IMG/VR virus record: IMGVR_UViG_3300045988_172855
Strand: one strand, 5' to 3'
DNA length: 64,000 bases
Source: a virus
Positions 17,659 to 26,262 of the stretch are shown here, one piece after another. The position numbers and the translations under genes were made by a program. The first letter of the stretch is position 1, and each line of letters opens with the position of its first letter. Under the pieces are notes generated by a model, which did not search any database, was not told the origin of the DNA, and was given only the letters and a program-made list of their open reading frames with translations.

Positions 17659-19364
17659 TACTTATACAAATTTTTTCTATAATAATCAATTGCCGGTCCC
17701 ATTATAGGATCGTTTGAAAATGACTTGTATTTGTCAAAAGGATTCTCTTCCATTTCTTCATCCATTGGAACACCTTCTTCCTCACTTTCTCCTGGAACAG
17801 AAGCTCCGTACATCTCTTGTTGTTGTTTTGTTGCCTGTGCCGTTTGATAAACCTGATTCAAAATAATGTCGTTCTCAGGATCAAACTCTCTACCTGAATA
17901 TTTCTTAAAGATATCTTGCATAGCAACCATACCCATTTCTAATTTATCTTTATCGAGTTTTACTTGAGCTTCTTCGTCTTCTACTTCAATACCCGTAAAA
18001 ACAAACTCGAAATCTTCATTTAATTCACTTACAAGATATTCAGTGATAATATTCTGCAAAAAAATCAATAATGGTTTTAAACCCTTTTCTCTACTATGTT
18101 GCAAACGTTGTTTTTGGCCATCTTGTCCAAAAATTTGAGCTTGGTCTTTAAATTGAAAACCTAACTCTGTAGGATCCATTCGATAAACAGCACAACTAAT
18201 AATAATCAAAAATTTCAACCACTCATTGAATTCCATATCTCTATTGTTCTTTTGCAGATCAATCCACTCAAGATCAATTCCGTTGATTACAGGAACCCTA
18301 TGACTATTCTGAACACCTTTCATTGTTTGTGACCAGGCTTGTCTAAACTCGTTAAGTGTAGAATTTGAAATATTTGCATTTTTTACATTGATAAATCCTT
18401 TAGGTTGTGAACCTTGACTAAAGAAGTTACCATTATATTGCATGCCCCATAAAATCCAAGTTATTATCTCAACCAAAGTTTCGAGTTCAGATGTTCCATA
18501 ACCATTTCTTCGAATATTAGACGATTTATTTCGAATACCGAAACCCAATTCCCATGGATAATATAATATAGGTTCTTTTGTTATAGGATTTTTCAAAATC
18601 AATTCATCCCACACCATACAATAACGAGGAAGATATCCTCTATAACGATAATCTTCTAACGATTCTCTTTGTCTAGGATCAACACTATCTAAAAAACGAA
18701 TCATCGAAGCGTCTACAGCTCTGAATTTATTTAACTCCCAATTACGATTTCGTACAATTTCAAATGCAAGTTGATCGAGTGTAAGACTATCGAATGTTAT
18801 CTTACGAACAAATGTTTGCAGATCATCAACGTTATCCCACTTTTCTGTCCATCCACCTCGTTCTAAAAACTTAACAATATTTTCTATCTTTTTCTTATCT
18901 TCTTCGCTTAATTCTTCTTCATCTCGATCTTTAAAAAGACCTTTCTTTCTACGAATCGTAAATCCTTCTTTTTGTTCATCTTCTGAGAAGTGAAGAAAAT
19001 TTTGAATTTGCTCAATACGAGTATTGACGATAGCACGAATAATCCATAAGTCACCCATCTTTCGAAGAGTTTCGAAAGACAAAATCCCCCTAGAATCTTT
19101 AAAACCCTTTCCATTACCTGATAAATCGTTAGGATCAAAGAATACAGAGGTGATCTTACCTGAATTTGGATTCAATTCACCTAAATATAAATTCGCTTTC
19201 ATCAACTCATTAGGATCATTTGAATTTAATGACGCTTGTAGTTTGCTTTGAAATGCATAAGGAATTGCTTTCTGCAACTTATTGAGATCGTCTAAAGAGA
19301 GATCAGTCAGGTTTTCAAAACCTGACTGTTGACTCTTATAATTAGTTTTTCTTTTTCTTCCCAT
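17658..19364 (-). CDS. putative portal protein
   Basis: 568 aa, immediately upstream of MuF, with an acidic C-terminus. The call rests on position and size. Confidence 0.6.
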   Translation of the reverse strand: MGRKRKTNYKSQQSGFENLTDLSLDDLNKLQKAIPYAFQSKLQASLNSNDPNELMKANLYLGELNPNSGKITSVFFDPNDLSGNGKGFKDSRGILSFETLRKMGDLWIIRAIVNTRIEQIQNFLHFSEDEQKEGFTIRRKKGLFKDRDEEELSEEDKKKIENIVKFLERGGWTEKWDNVDDLQTFVRKITFDSLTLDQLAFEIVRNRNWELNKFRAVDASMIRFLDSVDPRQRESLEDYRYRGYLPRYCMVWDELILKNPITKEPILYYPWELGFGIRNKSSNIRRNGYGTSELETLVEIITWILWGMQYNGNFFSQGSQPKGFINVKNANISNSTLNEFRQAWSQTMKGVQNSHRVPVINGIDLEWIDLQKNNRDMEFNEWLKFLIIISCAVYRMDPTELGFQFKDQAQIFGQDGQKQRLQHSREKGLKPLLIFLQNIITEYLVSELNEDFEFVFTGIEVEDEEAQVKLDKDKLEMGMVAMQDIFKKYSGREFDPENDIILNQVYQTAQATKQQQEMYGASVPGESEEEGVPMDEEMEENPFDKYKSFSNDPIMGPAIDYYRKNLYK

Positions 19365-19383
19365 CTTAACTCTTCTTTAGATG

Positions 19384-20868
19384 TTATACACCTGCTTGTG
19401 TTAAAGTAACTGTAATAGTTTTACCTCCTTCACTTGCAGCAACCTTCGCTTGTCCTGTTCTTTGAGAACCTGTGTTATTTGCAGCAATTACAGAATATTC
19501 AGAATCTCCTTTAGAAAAACCTTCTCCTGTAACAGTTGTAGTATAATTCACAGCAGAAGCTGGACCACTAATTTTACCATTTGCTTTCTTTTGTTTCTTA
19601 CTTGAAACGCTAAAAATTTTCGTTTCACCTGCTGCGATAAATGAAAGTGAATCAGGATCTACATCTAAAGTATATTCATAAGTTACAACAGCAGCAGCTT
19701 GTGTAAGAGTAATTTCAGCAGTCTTTCCACCTTCAACAGCAGAGATAGTCACCTTACCTGTTCTTTGTGATTCAGCAGTATTTTCAGCCGCTACAACTGT
19801 TGTATCATTACTACCTTTCGTAAATCCTGCTCCTGAAACAGTAGTCGTGTAACCTACATTAACAGGAGAACCTGAATCGTTACCATTCAATTTTTTCTGT
19901 TTTACAGAAACAACATTAAACGATTTAGATTCACCTGCTGCAGCGAATGAAATATTTGTAGGAGTAGGAAGTAAGGAGTATTCATACGTAATAACTGATG
20001 CAGCTTGTGTAAGATTAACTGTCGCACTCTTACCACCTTCATCCATAGTAATCGTGATTTCCCCAGTTCTCTGTGTATTACCTGGATTTTCTTCTGCTTT
20101 GATATTAAATCCATCTGAAATAGCACTATAAGAAAATCCTACACCAGCAACTTCAATATGTGTTCCAATATTCGTAGGATTTCCGGAAGGTTTTCCGTTT
20201 ATTATAACTTGTTTTGTTGATGTAACAGTAATCTTTTTTGTTTCACCTGTATTTACAAACGAAAGTGAATTAGGATCTATTGTTAAGTTATATGTATAAC
20301 TTACTGTAGAAGCTTCTTGTGTAAGATTGATAGTAATCTTCTTATTACTTTCATGTTGTGTTACAGTTAAAACACCGTTTCTTACAGAAGTAGTCGGATT
20401 TTCAGCAATAGTTACTGTACCACCTTTACTTACTGTGTAAGGAGATTTTGTTTCAAAGTCAACTTCCAACGGTGTTTGTACACCTGTCGGCTTTCCGTTT
20501 ACATAAAGTTGCTTATAGGAAGTAACAACAGCCTCTATGCTGTCACCTTCCTTGGGAAACGCCATTGTCTTATCTTGCGGAATAAGAAAATAACGCATCT
20601 CTTCAACTATATCAACGAGAATCTGCTCCTTTCCTTCATATTCTTCAGGATAAGCAATGAGACGTAATATATTATTCATTGCCCATTCTTTAAATTGACC
20701 TATATTATAGGTGAGACCTGCTCGAATAACTATTCCGAGACTTTCAAAGTAATCCACATCTCCCACTGTATTCTCTGTAACAAATACATTCAACTGACTG
20801 TCGATACCGTCAGTAATAACAGTCAGTTGATGGAGATTATCTTTTGTTGTAAATAATAATCTATACAT
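19384..20868 (-). CDS. virion-module protein with 3-4 tandem BACON/Ig-like repeats
   Basis: Repeats of about 101 aa each end ..N(T/P)..QRTG.(V/I)T....GGK....(L/V)TQA(A/G). The N-terminal ~100 aa is paralogous to 20874..21455. Confidence 0.5.
   Translation of the reverse strand: MYRLLFTTKDNLHQLTVITDGIDSQLNVFVTENTVGDVDYFESLGIVIRAGLTYNIGQFKEWAMNNILRLIAYPEEYEGKEQILVDIVEEMRYFLIPQDKTMAFPKEGDSIEAVVTSYKQLYVNGKPTGVQTPLEVDFETKSPYTVSKGGTVTIAENPTTSVRNGVLTVTQHESNKKITINLTQEASTVSYTYNLTIDPNSLSFVNTGETKKITVTSTKQVIINGKPSGNPTNIGTHIEVAGVGFSYSAISDGFNIKAEENPGNTQRTGEITITMDEGGKSATVNLTQAASVITYEYSLLPTPTNISFAAAGESKSFNVVSVKQKKLNGNDSGSPVNVGYTTTVSGAGFTKGSNDTTVVAAENTAESQRTGKVTISAVEGGKTAEITLTQAAAVVTYEYTLDVDPDSLSFIAAGETKIFSVSSKKQKKANGKISGPASAVNYTTTVTGEGFSKGDSEYSVIAANNTGSQRTGQAKVAASEGGKTITVTLTQAGV
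19387..20304 (-). repeat. three full ~303-nt tandem coding repeats (a degenerate fourth copy extends to ~20556)
   Basis: The protein repeats span aa 189-289, 291-391 and 393-494, as aligned by eye. Confidence 0.6.
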
Positions 20869-20873
20869 GATAT

Positions 20874-21455
20874 TTATGCATTGTTAGCTGTAAGCTCGAA
20901 TTTTTGTGTTTCGCCATTAGCAAAAACAACAACATTCAAATCCTCTTTTGCATCTAATCCAAGATCTTCAAGTGTAAACGCCATTGGATGATTAGAAAGA
21001 ACTTTCGAAGCTAATGTCTTGCGATCACCTCTAATTACACCGTAACGTCCAGCAGATTCATTTAAATTGACGCTATTAGGGAAATATATTTCAACATCCT
21101 TCTTTGCTGGAATTGTAGTTGTAATATTGATTACACAAGCATCTTCGTCATTCCATTCAGCAGTTACAGCAACAATCTCATTTAAACCTTGAGGATCAAG
21201 TTGCAATTCTAATCCATTATTTTCTGCAAATGCAATTAATTCTTCGTGCATAACAGATTGACCGACAACCCAATTAAATCCCAATTTCTTCAACGCATCA
21301 CTTCCTTCAATCTCGTCTTCTGTAGCATTTACATTGCCTGGAGCAACAATATTTCTCAGTTCTGTAATAAACACTCTTTTTTGATCGCAACTACCATCTG
21401 TTACAACAATCGCATCAATTTTCTTATCTGTATCAATAAATCTATATAGTCTCAT
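20874..21455 (-). CDS. hypothetical protein, N-terminal paralog of 19384..20868
   Basis: Both proteins begin M(Y)RLYRF.DT....(L/A).V(I/V)TDG.....VF(V/I)TE. Confidence 0.5.
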   Translation of the reverse strand: MRLYRFIDTDKKIDAIVVTDGSCDQKRVFITELRNIVAPGNVNATEDEIEGSDALKKLGFNWVVGQSVMHEELIAFAENNGLELQLDPQGLNEIVAVTAEWNDEDACVINITTTIPAKKDVEIYFPNSVNLNESAGRYGVIRGDRKTLASKVLSNHPMAFTLEDLGLDAKEDLNVVVFANGETQKFELTANNA

Positions 21456-21484
21456 GTTCTTTTTCTTTTAATTGTTTATAATTG

Positions 21485-22396
21485 TTATTTTTTGTTAAAT
21501 CCAATCAATTTACTCCGATCTCTAGGATCATCGCTTCCGATTTTTTGACCACTTGCAACACGTTGTTCATGTTCTTTTCGAAGTTGTTCGCCTATTTTGC
21601 GAGCTTCCTCGATTTCTCTAGCGAATTTATTTTTCTTTGGTTGTTTTTCTGAATATGTATATTTTTTATCACCGAATTCCTTAAGAAGCTCATAATATTT
21701 TTCATTCCCCTTTTTATTGACATCTCCGGAATTTTTAAGATATCCCTCCTTAGCAAGTTTAGGAGAAGTTCCTCTTTTCATTCTTGCGGCATATAAATCT
21801 CTGAAAAGACGATATCTTTCGAATTTATCTTTATCATGAGTAACAGTAACTAATTCACCGTCCTCATCCAACTCTTCTTTTTCAGACTCCTTCTTACCTT
21901 CATCTTTCTTCGTCGAAGAACCTTTGGCTTTTAATCTCCAACCTTTTCCGGTTTTAACGTAAAGTTTGCCGCCATAAGTCTTTTCTGTTCCGATAGGAAG
22001 AGCTTTTGCTTTTTCAATTGCATCTTCGTCAGCACAATTGATACCAGCGATTCCTTTCAATATATTCAAAGAAGTCTCTTTAAACTTACGACACATTTTA
22101 TCGTTAATAGATTTGAAGATACCATCAGGTATTTCTACTTCTTCAGTTTGATTTTCTCTATAATAAACAGTTCTTTTGACTAAATCGTTACCAACAATAA
22201 TAGCAGGTGTTAATGATGCAAAATCGGCTGCAGCACACGATTTCTCAAATTCGTCAATTTCATTCTTTTCAGACTTTTCTAAGAGATCCTTACAAAAGGC
22301 ATTTACAGTTTCTGCAGAAAATACCTCGTAATTATGCTTTTCAACAAAAGCATTGAATTCATCTTGCGTATATTCCAATGGAGTATTTTTAATCAT
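21485..22396 (-). CDS. hypothetical Lys/Glu-rich protein sharing a ~30-aa motif with the ART protein
   Basis: EKAKALPIGTEKTYGGKLYVKTGKGWRLKAKG (the core from PIG to KAKG maps to 21920-21997), compared with EKAKKGSPIGTEKTWGGKLYIKTEKGWKPKAKG in 10784..13300. Confidence 0.5.
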   Translation of the reverse strand: MIKNTPLEYTQDEFNAFVEKHNYEVFSAETVNAFCKDLLEKSEKNEIDEFEKSCAAADFASLTPAIIVGNDLVKRTVYYRENQTEEVEIPDGIFKSINDKMCRKFKETSLNILKGIAGINCADEDAIEKAKALPIGTEKTYGGKLYVKTGKGWRLKAKGSSTKKDEGKKESEKEELDEDGELVTVTHDKDKFERYRLFRDLYAARMKRGTSPKLAKEGYLKNSGDVNKKGNEKYYELLKEFGDKKYTYSEKQPKKNKFAREIEEARKIGEQLRKEHEQRVASGQKIGSDDPRDRSKLIGFNKK

Positions 22397-22425
22397 AACT
22401 TTTTAATTTGAATTAATTCATTGCC

Positions 22426-22457
22426 TAAAAGTATAAATAAATTTCATTATCTCCAAA
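22426..22457 (-). promoter_or_regulatory. Bacteroidota-type promoter (TTTG-N20-TACTTTTA)
   Basis: The - strand reads TTTGGAGATAATGAAATTTATTTATACTTTTAGGCAAT, 30 nt upstream of ATG 22396. Confidence 0.5.
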
Positions 22458-22474
22458 AAGTTTCTTATTTATTT

Positions 22475-22834
22475 TCATTTTCTCCTTGATCCTCTGAGTT
22501 GATCTTTTCTCATTTTACCCAAATCTATGCCTGTAGACTCTTTTAAAGCATCGTAAGAAACTACTACCCAACCATCTTTATAAGGGTAACATAAATTGTT
22601 ACACATCTCTTTTCTTGTTGGCTTTTCTTCTCTAAAAAACTTCAAAGGGAACTCGGATTCTAATCTCTTCTTTGCTTGTGATTTTGTATCACCCATCAAT
22701 TCAGCTAAAGCCTCTCTTCTTTCAACCATAGATGTTTTTACGGAAAACAACTGCATGATATCTAATCCTTCAAATAAACCTTCAAATATATCAGGATTTT
22801 TAATCTCCATTGGGAAAATCGAATTCTTTTTCAT
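22475..22834 (-). CDS. hypothetical protein
   Basis: Track ORF with an ATG start. Confidence 0.5.
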   Translation of the reverse strand: MKKNSIFPMEIKNPDIFEGLFEGLDIMQLFSVKTSMVERREALAELMGDTKSQAKKRLESEFPLKFFREEKPTRKEMCNNLCYPYKDGWVVVSYDALKESTGIDLGKMRKDQLRGSRRK

Positions 22835-22845
22835 ATTCTTAAATT

Positions 22846-23625
22846 TTAAATTGCATTATTATATATTTCAGGTAGTACAAAATCTTCTTCACAATCTATT
22901 TCGTAACACTTAATTCTTTCTTTAGACTTGATCTTTATACATTTTTCTTTTTCAAAAACTTCCATCACTTTCTTTAACTCTCTTTTTCTAGGGATATCGA
23001 GTGTATATGTCATTGAATAGGGATGCTTTCTGAAAAACTTCTCGCTTTGCATTGCTCTTCTAAAACATCTCTTTCCAAATAAGCGTTTAAACTTGTTTAT
23101 TACATTAACAACTTCAGCTCTTGTCAATCCAAACTTTTCAGCTATACTATCGATTTTTTGGTAGAAAATACTCTTGATTTTCAATAACATTTCATTCTCT
23201 GAACATCTGCAATCATAAACACCTCTTACAGCATCAACGTAATTAAATATCATTTGATCTAAGATCGTCCAAGTGACCTTACTTCCATCTTGTAAATAGA
23301 AGGTCTTTTTCATATATAGAGGAATTCTTGTATAAAAATACGCACTATGAATATCATTCATGCGTTTATTGATGACGATATATTCTTTCTCTTTATTGTA
23401 AGAGAAATATCCTTTCAATTTAAGCCTTAAAAGAGATCTTCTAATAACTTCCTGACTATAATTAAGATTGGAGCTTATATATTCGATTAATTGAGTCTCA
23501 CTTGAAACGAGAATATATTTTTTATTTTTAACTATCAAACCTTTTTCAGTTCGAGTAAACATTGCTATTTTGGTTAATTCTGCAAAGACAAATTTGTCTT
23601 TATATGATATATTTATTGTTTTCAT
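22846..23625 (-). CDS. putative DNA-binding protein (two HTH-like segments); first gene of the morphogenesis-side operon
   Basis: LIEYISSNLNYSQEVIRRSLLRLKLKGYF and IDSIAEKFGLTRAEVVNVINKF look like wHTH/HTH. It could be a regulator or a small terminase. Position-based speculation. Confidence 0.35.
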   Translation of the reverse strand: MKTINISYKDKFVFAELTKIAMFTRTEKGLIVKNKKYILVSSETQLIEYISSNLNYSQEVIRRSLLRLKLKGYFSYNKEKEYIVINKRMNDIHSAYFYTRIPLYMKKTFYLQDGSKVTWTILDQMIFNYVDAVRGVYDCRCSENEMLLKIKSIFYQKIDSIAEKFGLTRAEVVNVINKFKRLFGKRCFRRAMQSEKFFRKHPYSMTYTLDIPRKRELKKVMEVFEKEKCIKIKSKERIKCYEIDCEEDFVLPEIYNNAI

Positions 23626-23649
23626 TTTATCCTTTCTCTTAAATTTGAT

Positions 23650-23681
23650 GTAAAGATAGACTTTATCTCTTTCAATTGCAA
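23650..23681 (-). promoter_or_regulatory. Bacteroidota-type promoter (TTG-N20-TATCTTTAC)
   Basis: The - strand reads TTGCAATTGAAAGAGATAAAGTCTATCTTTAC, 25 nt upstream of ATG 23625. Confidence 0.6.
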
Positions 23682-23682
23682 A

Positions 23683-23798
23683 AATAAAAAAAAAGAAAGA
23701 TACGCTTATCTTTCTTTTAAAATTTTAAGAAAAAAATAAATATGAAAAATTTAAACATATCTTAAGTCAACAACTATCTTCGCAGACCGTTTCTGTTT
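23683..23798 (-). ncRNA. candidate ~115-nt small RNA (promoter-to-terminator unit without a credible ORF)
   Basis: Bounded by the consensus promoter at 23805-23838 and the terminator at 23692-23717 plus its U9 tract. It contains only 8- and 13-codon ORFs. Confidence 0.3.
23692..23717. terminator. bidirectional-looking intrinsic terminator
   Basis: Perfect 11-bp stem AAAGAAAGATA/TATCTTTCTTT with loop CGCT, flanked by an A-run (23681-23691) and a T-rich tract (23718-23730). Confidence 0.6.
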
Positions 23799-23804
23799 GA
23801 CATT

Positions 23805-23838
23805 GTAAAGATACGATCTTTCTGTTAATCCAACACAA
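23805..23838 (-). promoter_or_regulatory. Bacteroidota-type promoter (-7 box TATCTTTAC)
   Basis: The - strand reads TTTGTGTTGGATTAACAGAAAGATCGTATCTTTACAATG. The -33 spacing is 17 or 22 nt, slightly off consensus. Confidence 0.45.
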
Positions 23839-23875
23839 ATTAGGGTCTCAACTTTGATTATATTTTTCTTTTCAT

Positions 23876-24048
23876 CTGATTATCAGTATTTTATCGACTT
23901 TTGATTATATAATATATTATACATTGTATAATGAGCTTTCTTTTTCTCTTTATATTCCTAATTCATAATAACAATAATAATGATATCATTAAACTTCAGT
24001 TTAATTACTTACTTAATCAAAAGTCGATAACTGTCTGATTATCAGTAT
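23876..24048. repeat. nested direct and inverted repeat cluster in the control region
   Basis: Direct repeat ctgattatcagtat at 23876-23889 and 24035-24048; its core CTGAT-T-ATCAG is itself palindromic. Perfect 16-bp inverted repeat tatcgacttttgatta (23892-23907) / taatcaaaagtcgata (24014-24029). Central 17-nt palindrome attatacattgtataat at 23916-23932. Confidence 0.75.
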
Positions 24049-24083
24049 ATGTTTTTGATATAAATTTAATGTATTTGGACAAC

Positions 24084-24113
24084 TTGTTTAATCGTATTTT
24101 TGTTTATCTTTAT
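24084..24113 (+). promoter_or_regulatory. candidate + strand promoter (TTG-N18-TATCTTTAT)
   Basis: The same -7 box as the - strand promoters, here on the + strand, 25 nt upstream of ATG 24139. Confidence 0.45.
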
Positions 24114-24138
24114 GATCGTAATTTAAAATTGATGTATT

Positions 24139-24594
24139 ATGAAAATTATTTACAATTCAAAATTGGCACGACTTTTGTTGCCAAATTTCAAAATGATCCT
24201 AATTACGTTTATCTTATTATGTAAAAAGGACAAAAGTTATTATGACGAAGAAGATCTTGAACATGAACGTACTCACGCTTATCAATGGACAACTTTATGT
24301 CTATCTAGTTTGATTATGTTCTATATTTTAGGATTGATATTTGACAATTATTGGCTGATATTGATTTCACCTTTTACTTTTTATATTTGGTACCTAATCG
24401 ATTGGTTCTTTAGATTTGTTTACAGGTTCGTTAAAAATCCTCCTTCTTTTAAATTGGGGTTTAAGAACTACTTTAAAGCTGTAGGTGAGATAAATCACGA
24501 AGCATATCGTGCAATCGTATTTGAAAAAGAGGCTTATGCAGTTGAAAAAGGGATGACGTCTTACGCATTATTTTCATTCCTTCTTTATTATTGA
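24139..24594 (+). CDS. multi-pass membrane protein with HExxH motif (putative membrane metalloprotease-like)
   Basis: The only credible + strand gene. HERTH lies at aa 42-46 (24262-24276). A later FEKEAY could supply a third ligand. There are 3-4 hydrophobic segments, and the gene has its own promoter and terminator. Confidence 0.55.
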   Translation: MKIIYNSKLARLLLPNFKMILITFILLCKKDKSYYDEEDLEHERTHAYQWTTLCLSSLIMFYILGLIFDNYWLILISPFTFYIWYLIDWFFRFVYRFVKNPPSFKLGFKNYFKAVGEINHEAYRAIVFEKEAYAVEKGMTSYALFSFLLYY

Positions 24595-24702
24595 TAACCC
24601 TTTATTAGATTTGTATAAAAATAAAAACTATCTTTAACATGTTTTATCAACAACGGGTTAATGGATAATTTTCTTTACGTGTGATTAAGTATTTGCCATA
24701 GA

Positions 24703-24740
24703 AGGCCGATAACTTGTGAAAGCTGTCGGCCTCTTTATTT
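24703..24740 (+). terminator. intrinsic terminator with GUGA tetraloop
   Basis: AGGCCGA..CTT-GTGA-AAG..TCGGCCT (loop at 24716-24719) followed by CTTTATTT. Confidence 0.65.
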
Positions 24741-24744
24741 ACAC

Positions 24745-24930
24745 TTATTTTAAGTCTGAATTATAAACGAAACATATTTCAACTGTATTACCCATAACAG
24801 AAAATACCATAACACAAGGATATTCTAAAGGTCGATTAAATTCACCATTAACGTCTGTTATTCCGTAAGTTTTCCAAATATCCTTTTGAATATCAAAGTC
24901 TTTAGGATTGTTCAATGAGATCTTAGTCAT
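24745..24930 (-). CDS. hypothetical protein
   Basis: Track ORF with an ATG start. Confidence 0.5.
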   Translation of the reverse strand: MTKISLNNPKDFDIQKDIWKTYGITDVNGEFNRPLEYPCVMVFSVMGNTVEICFVYNSDLK

Positions 24931-25067
24931 AATTCGCTAATTTTTAGCTCTGCATATTTTTCCATTGCTCTGATAATAGCTTGGAATGTTTCTTCATAAA
25001 GTTCTACTTTATGGTCAGGAAGTTCCTTTAATTCATTTTTAAGAATTTCTTCAGCATCGTAATTCAT
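24927..25067 (-). CDS. small hypothetical protein (46 aa)
   Basis: Own translation: MNYDAEEILKNELKELPDHKVELYEETFQAIIRAMEKYAELKISEL. It fills the gap exactly and makes an ATGA-type overlap with the downstream start. Confidence 0.4.
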   Translation of the reverse strand: MNYDAEEILKNELKELPDHKVELYEETFQAIIRAMEKYAELKISEL

Positions 25068-25069
25068 AA

Positions 25070-25279
25070 TCATTCGTTTTTAAAATTTTCACTATTTCCT
25101 AAACAATGTAACATAATTGCTGTAACAAAAGGTGTAAAGCAAATTGTAGCAAAAGTCCAAAAGAATTGATTTCTTTGTAGTCTTCCAGCATATTTAACAC
25201 ACATACCACAAAACGTTACATAAATTGCGCCATATATAAGCGAAGTAAAATAAGATATTAAAAGTACTGTTTCTTCCAT
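25070..25279 (-). CDS. small membrane protein (2 predicted TM)
   Basis: Track ORF with two hydrophobic stretches. Confidence 0.5.
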   Translation of the reverse strand: MEETVLLISYFTSLIYGAIYVTFCGMCVKYAGRLQRNQFFWTFATICFTPFVTAIMLHCLGNSENFKNE

Positions 25280-25281
25280 AA

Positions 25282-25530
25282 TTATTCAGTTCTATACATT
25301 GACAATAATTCTATCTCTAATTCTCTCGATCCTGTCATTTTAGCCAATTCTTTTAAAGCGTGTCTATAATGACAGGATGTACTAGTTAATGAATCGTTAT
25401 GATAATCCTTATTCCATTCAGTTGTTTCATAAGGAATGTTCACAATAGTATCTTCAGTATTAGAAGGAGTCTCTTTATAACAACTCACTTTCGGTCGCCA
25501 CTGACATAAGAAATTATCTACTTGTAACAT
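25282..25530 (-). CDS. hypothetical protein
   Basis: Track ORF with an ATG start. Confidence 0.5.
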   Translation of the reverse strand: MLQVDNFLCQWRPKVSCYKETPSNTEDTIVNIPYETTEWNKDYHNDSLTSTSCHYRHALKELAKMTGSRELEIELLSMYRTE

Positions 25531-25533
25531 GAT

Positions 25534-25767
25534 TTATTCATTAAAATAGTCGGTCAATAAATTAGCTAACTTCTTAGACTCTTGATTTTGAACGAATACT
25601 CTTGTAATAGAAACATCTCCTTCATCATCTACACGATAACTAATTGATGCTGAACTATTTTCAACAGTTGACGAAATTTCTTGTCCGTAAAATTGAGAAG
25701 TAATTTCTTTTTGAATTTCTATTGCCAAAGCAACGATATCTACGCATTGTTCACATGATAACGTCAT
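25534..25767 (-). CDS. hypothetical acidic protein
   Basis: Track ORF with an ATG start. Confidence 0.5.
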   Translation of the reverse strand: MTLSCEQCVDIVALAIEIQKEITSQFYGQEISSTVENSSASISYRVDDEGDVSITRVFVQNQESKKLANLLTDYFNE

Positions 25768-25769
25768 AA

Positions 25770-25886
25770 TTACATTCCTCCGTAAATTACTTCAGGGTTA
25801 CACAATGTACAAAGAATACTGCATATTGCAAATACAATTGATCCAAAGATCAAATAGTTTATCACTTTTCTTTCTGTTGCTGTCAT
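25770..25886 (-). CDS. small membrane peptide (38 aa)
   Basis: Own translation: MTATERKVINYLIFGSIVFAICSILCTLCNPEVIYGGM. It fills a gap and overlaps the upstream ORF's stop by 4 nt. Confidence 0.35.
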   Translation of the reverse strand: MTATERKVINYLIFGSIVFAICSILCTLCNPEVIYGGM

Positions 25887-26041
25887 ACTCGTTGATTTTT
25901 AATTAAACATTCGTATGCTTCATTAGCACTGTTATAAACTCTAGTCCACTTCTTAGATAGGATCATTAATTTTCCATTGAATAGATAAGTCACCTTATAA
26001 CCCATCTTTTCAAGTCTTTTAACCACATCATCTCTTCTCAT
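25883..26041 (-). CDS. small hypothetical protein (52 aa)
   Basis: Own translation: MRRDDVVKRLEKMGYKVTYLFNGKLMILSKKWTRVYNSANEAYECLIKNQRV. Confidence 0.4.
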   Translation of the reverse strand: MRRDDVVKRLEKMGYKVTYLFNGKLMILSKKWTRVYNSANEAYECLIKNQRV

Positions 26042-26065
26042 AATACTGATAATTAATATAATTAG

Positions 26066-26212
26066 TTATTTTTGGTTTTTCCACATCTTATAATCGGTTG
26101 TAGACTCAAAGCACATAAAGCCACCATACACCTTAGCTACATTAGACGGAGTAAAAGGACATTCTTTAATTGCTTTATATCTCGTTTCTACTTGTGCAAA
26201 ATACGTCTTCAT
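26066..26212 (-). CDS. small hypothetical protein (48 aa)
   Basis: Own translation: MKTYFAQVETRYKAIKECPFTPSNVAKVYGGFMCFESTTDYKMWKNQK. It replaces the antisense track ORF 26072..26335. Confidence 0.4.
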   Translation of the reverse strand: MKTYFAQVETRYKAIKECPFTPSNVAKVYGGFMCFESTTDYKMWKNQK

Positions 26213-26262
26213 AATACTGTAAATTTATATGTTAAACTTCGTTTTATCGAAGATTCGGTCTA

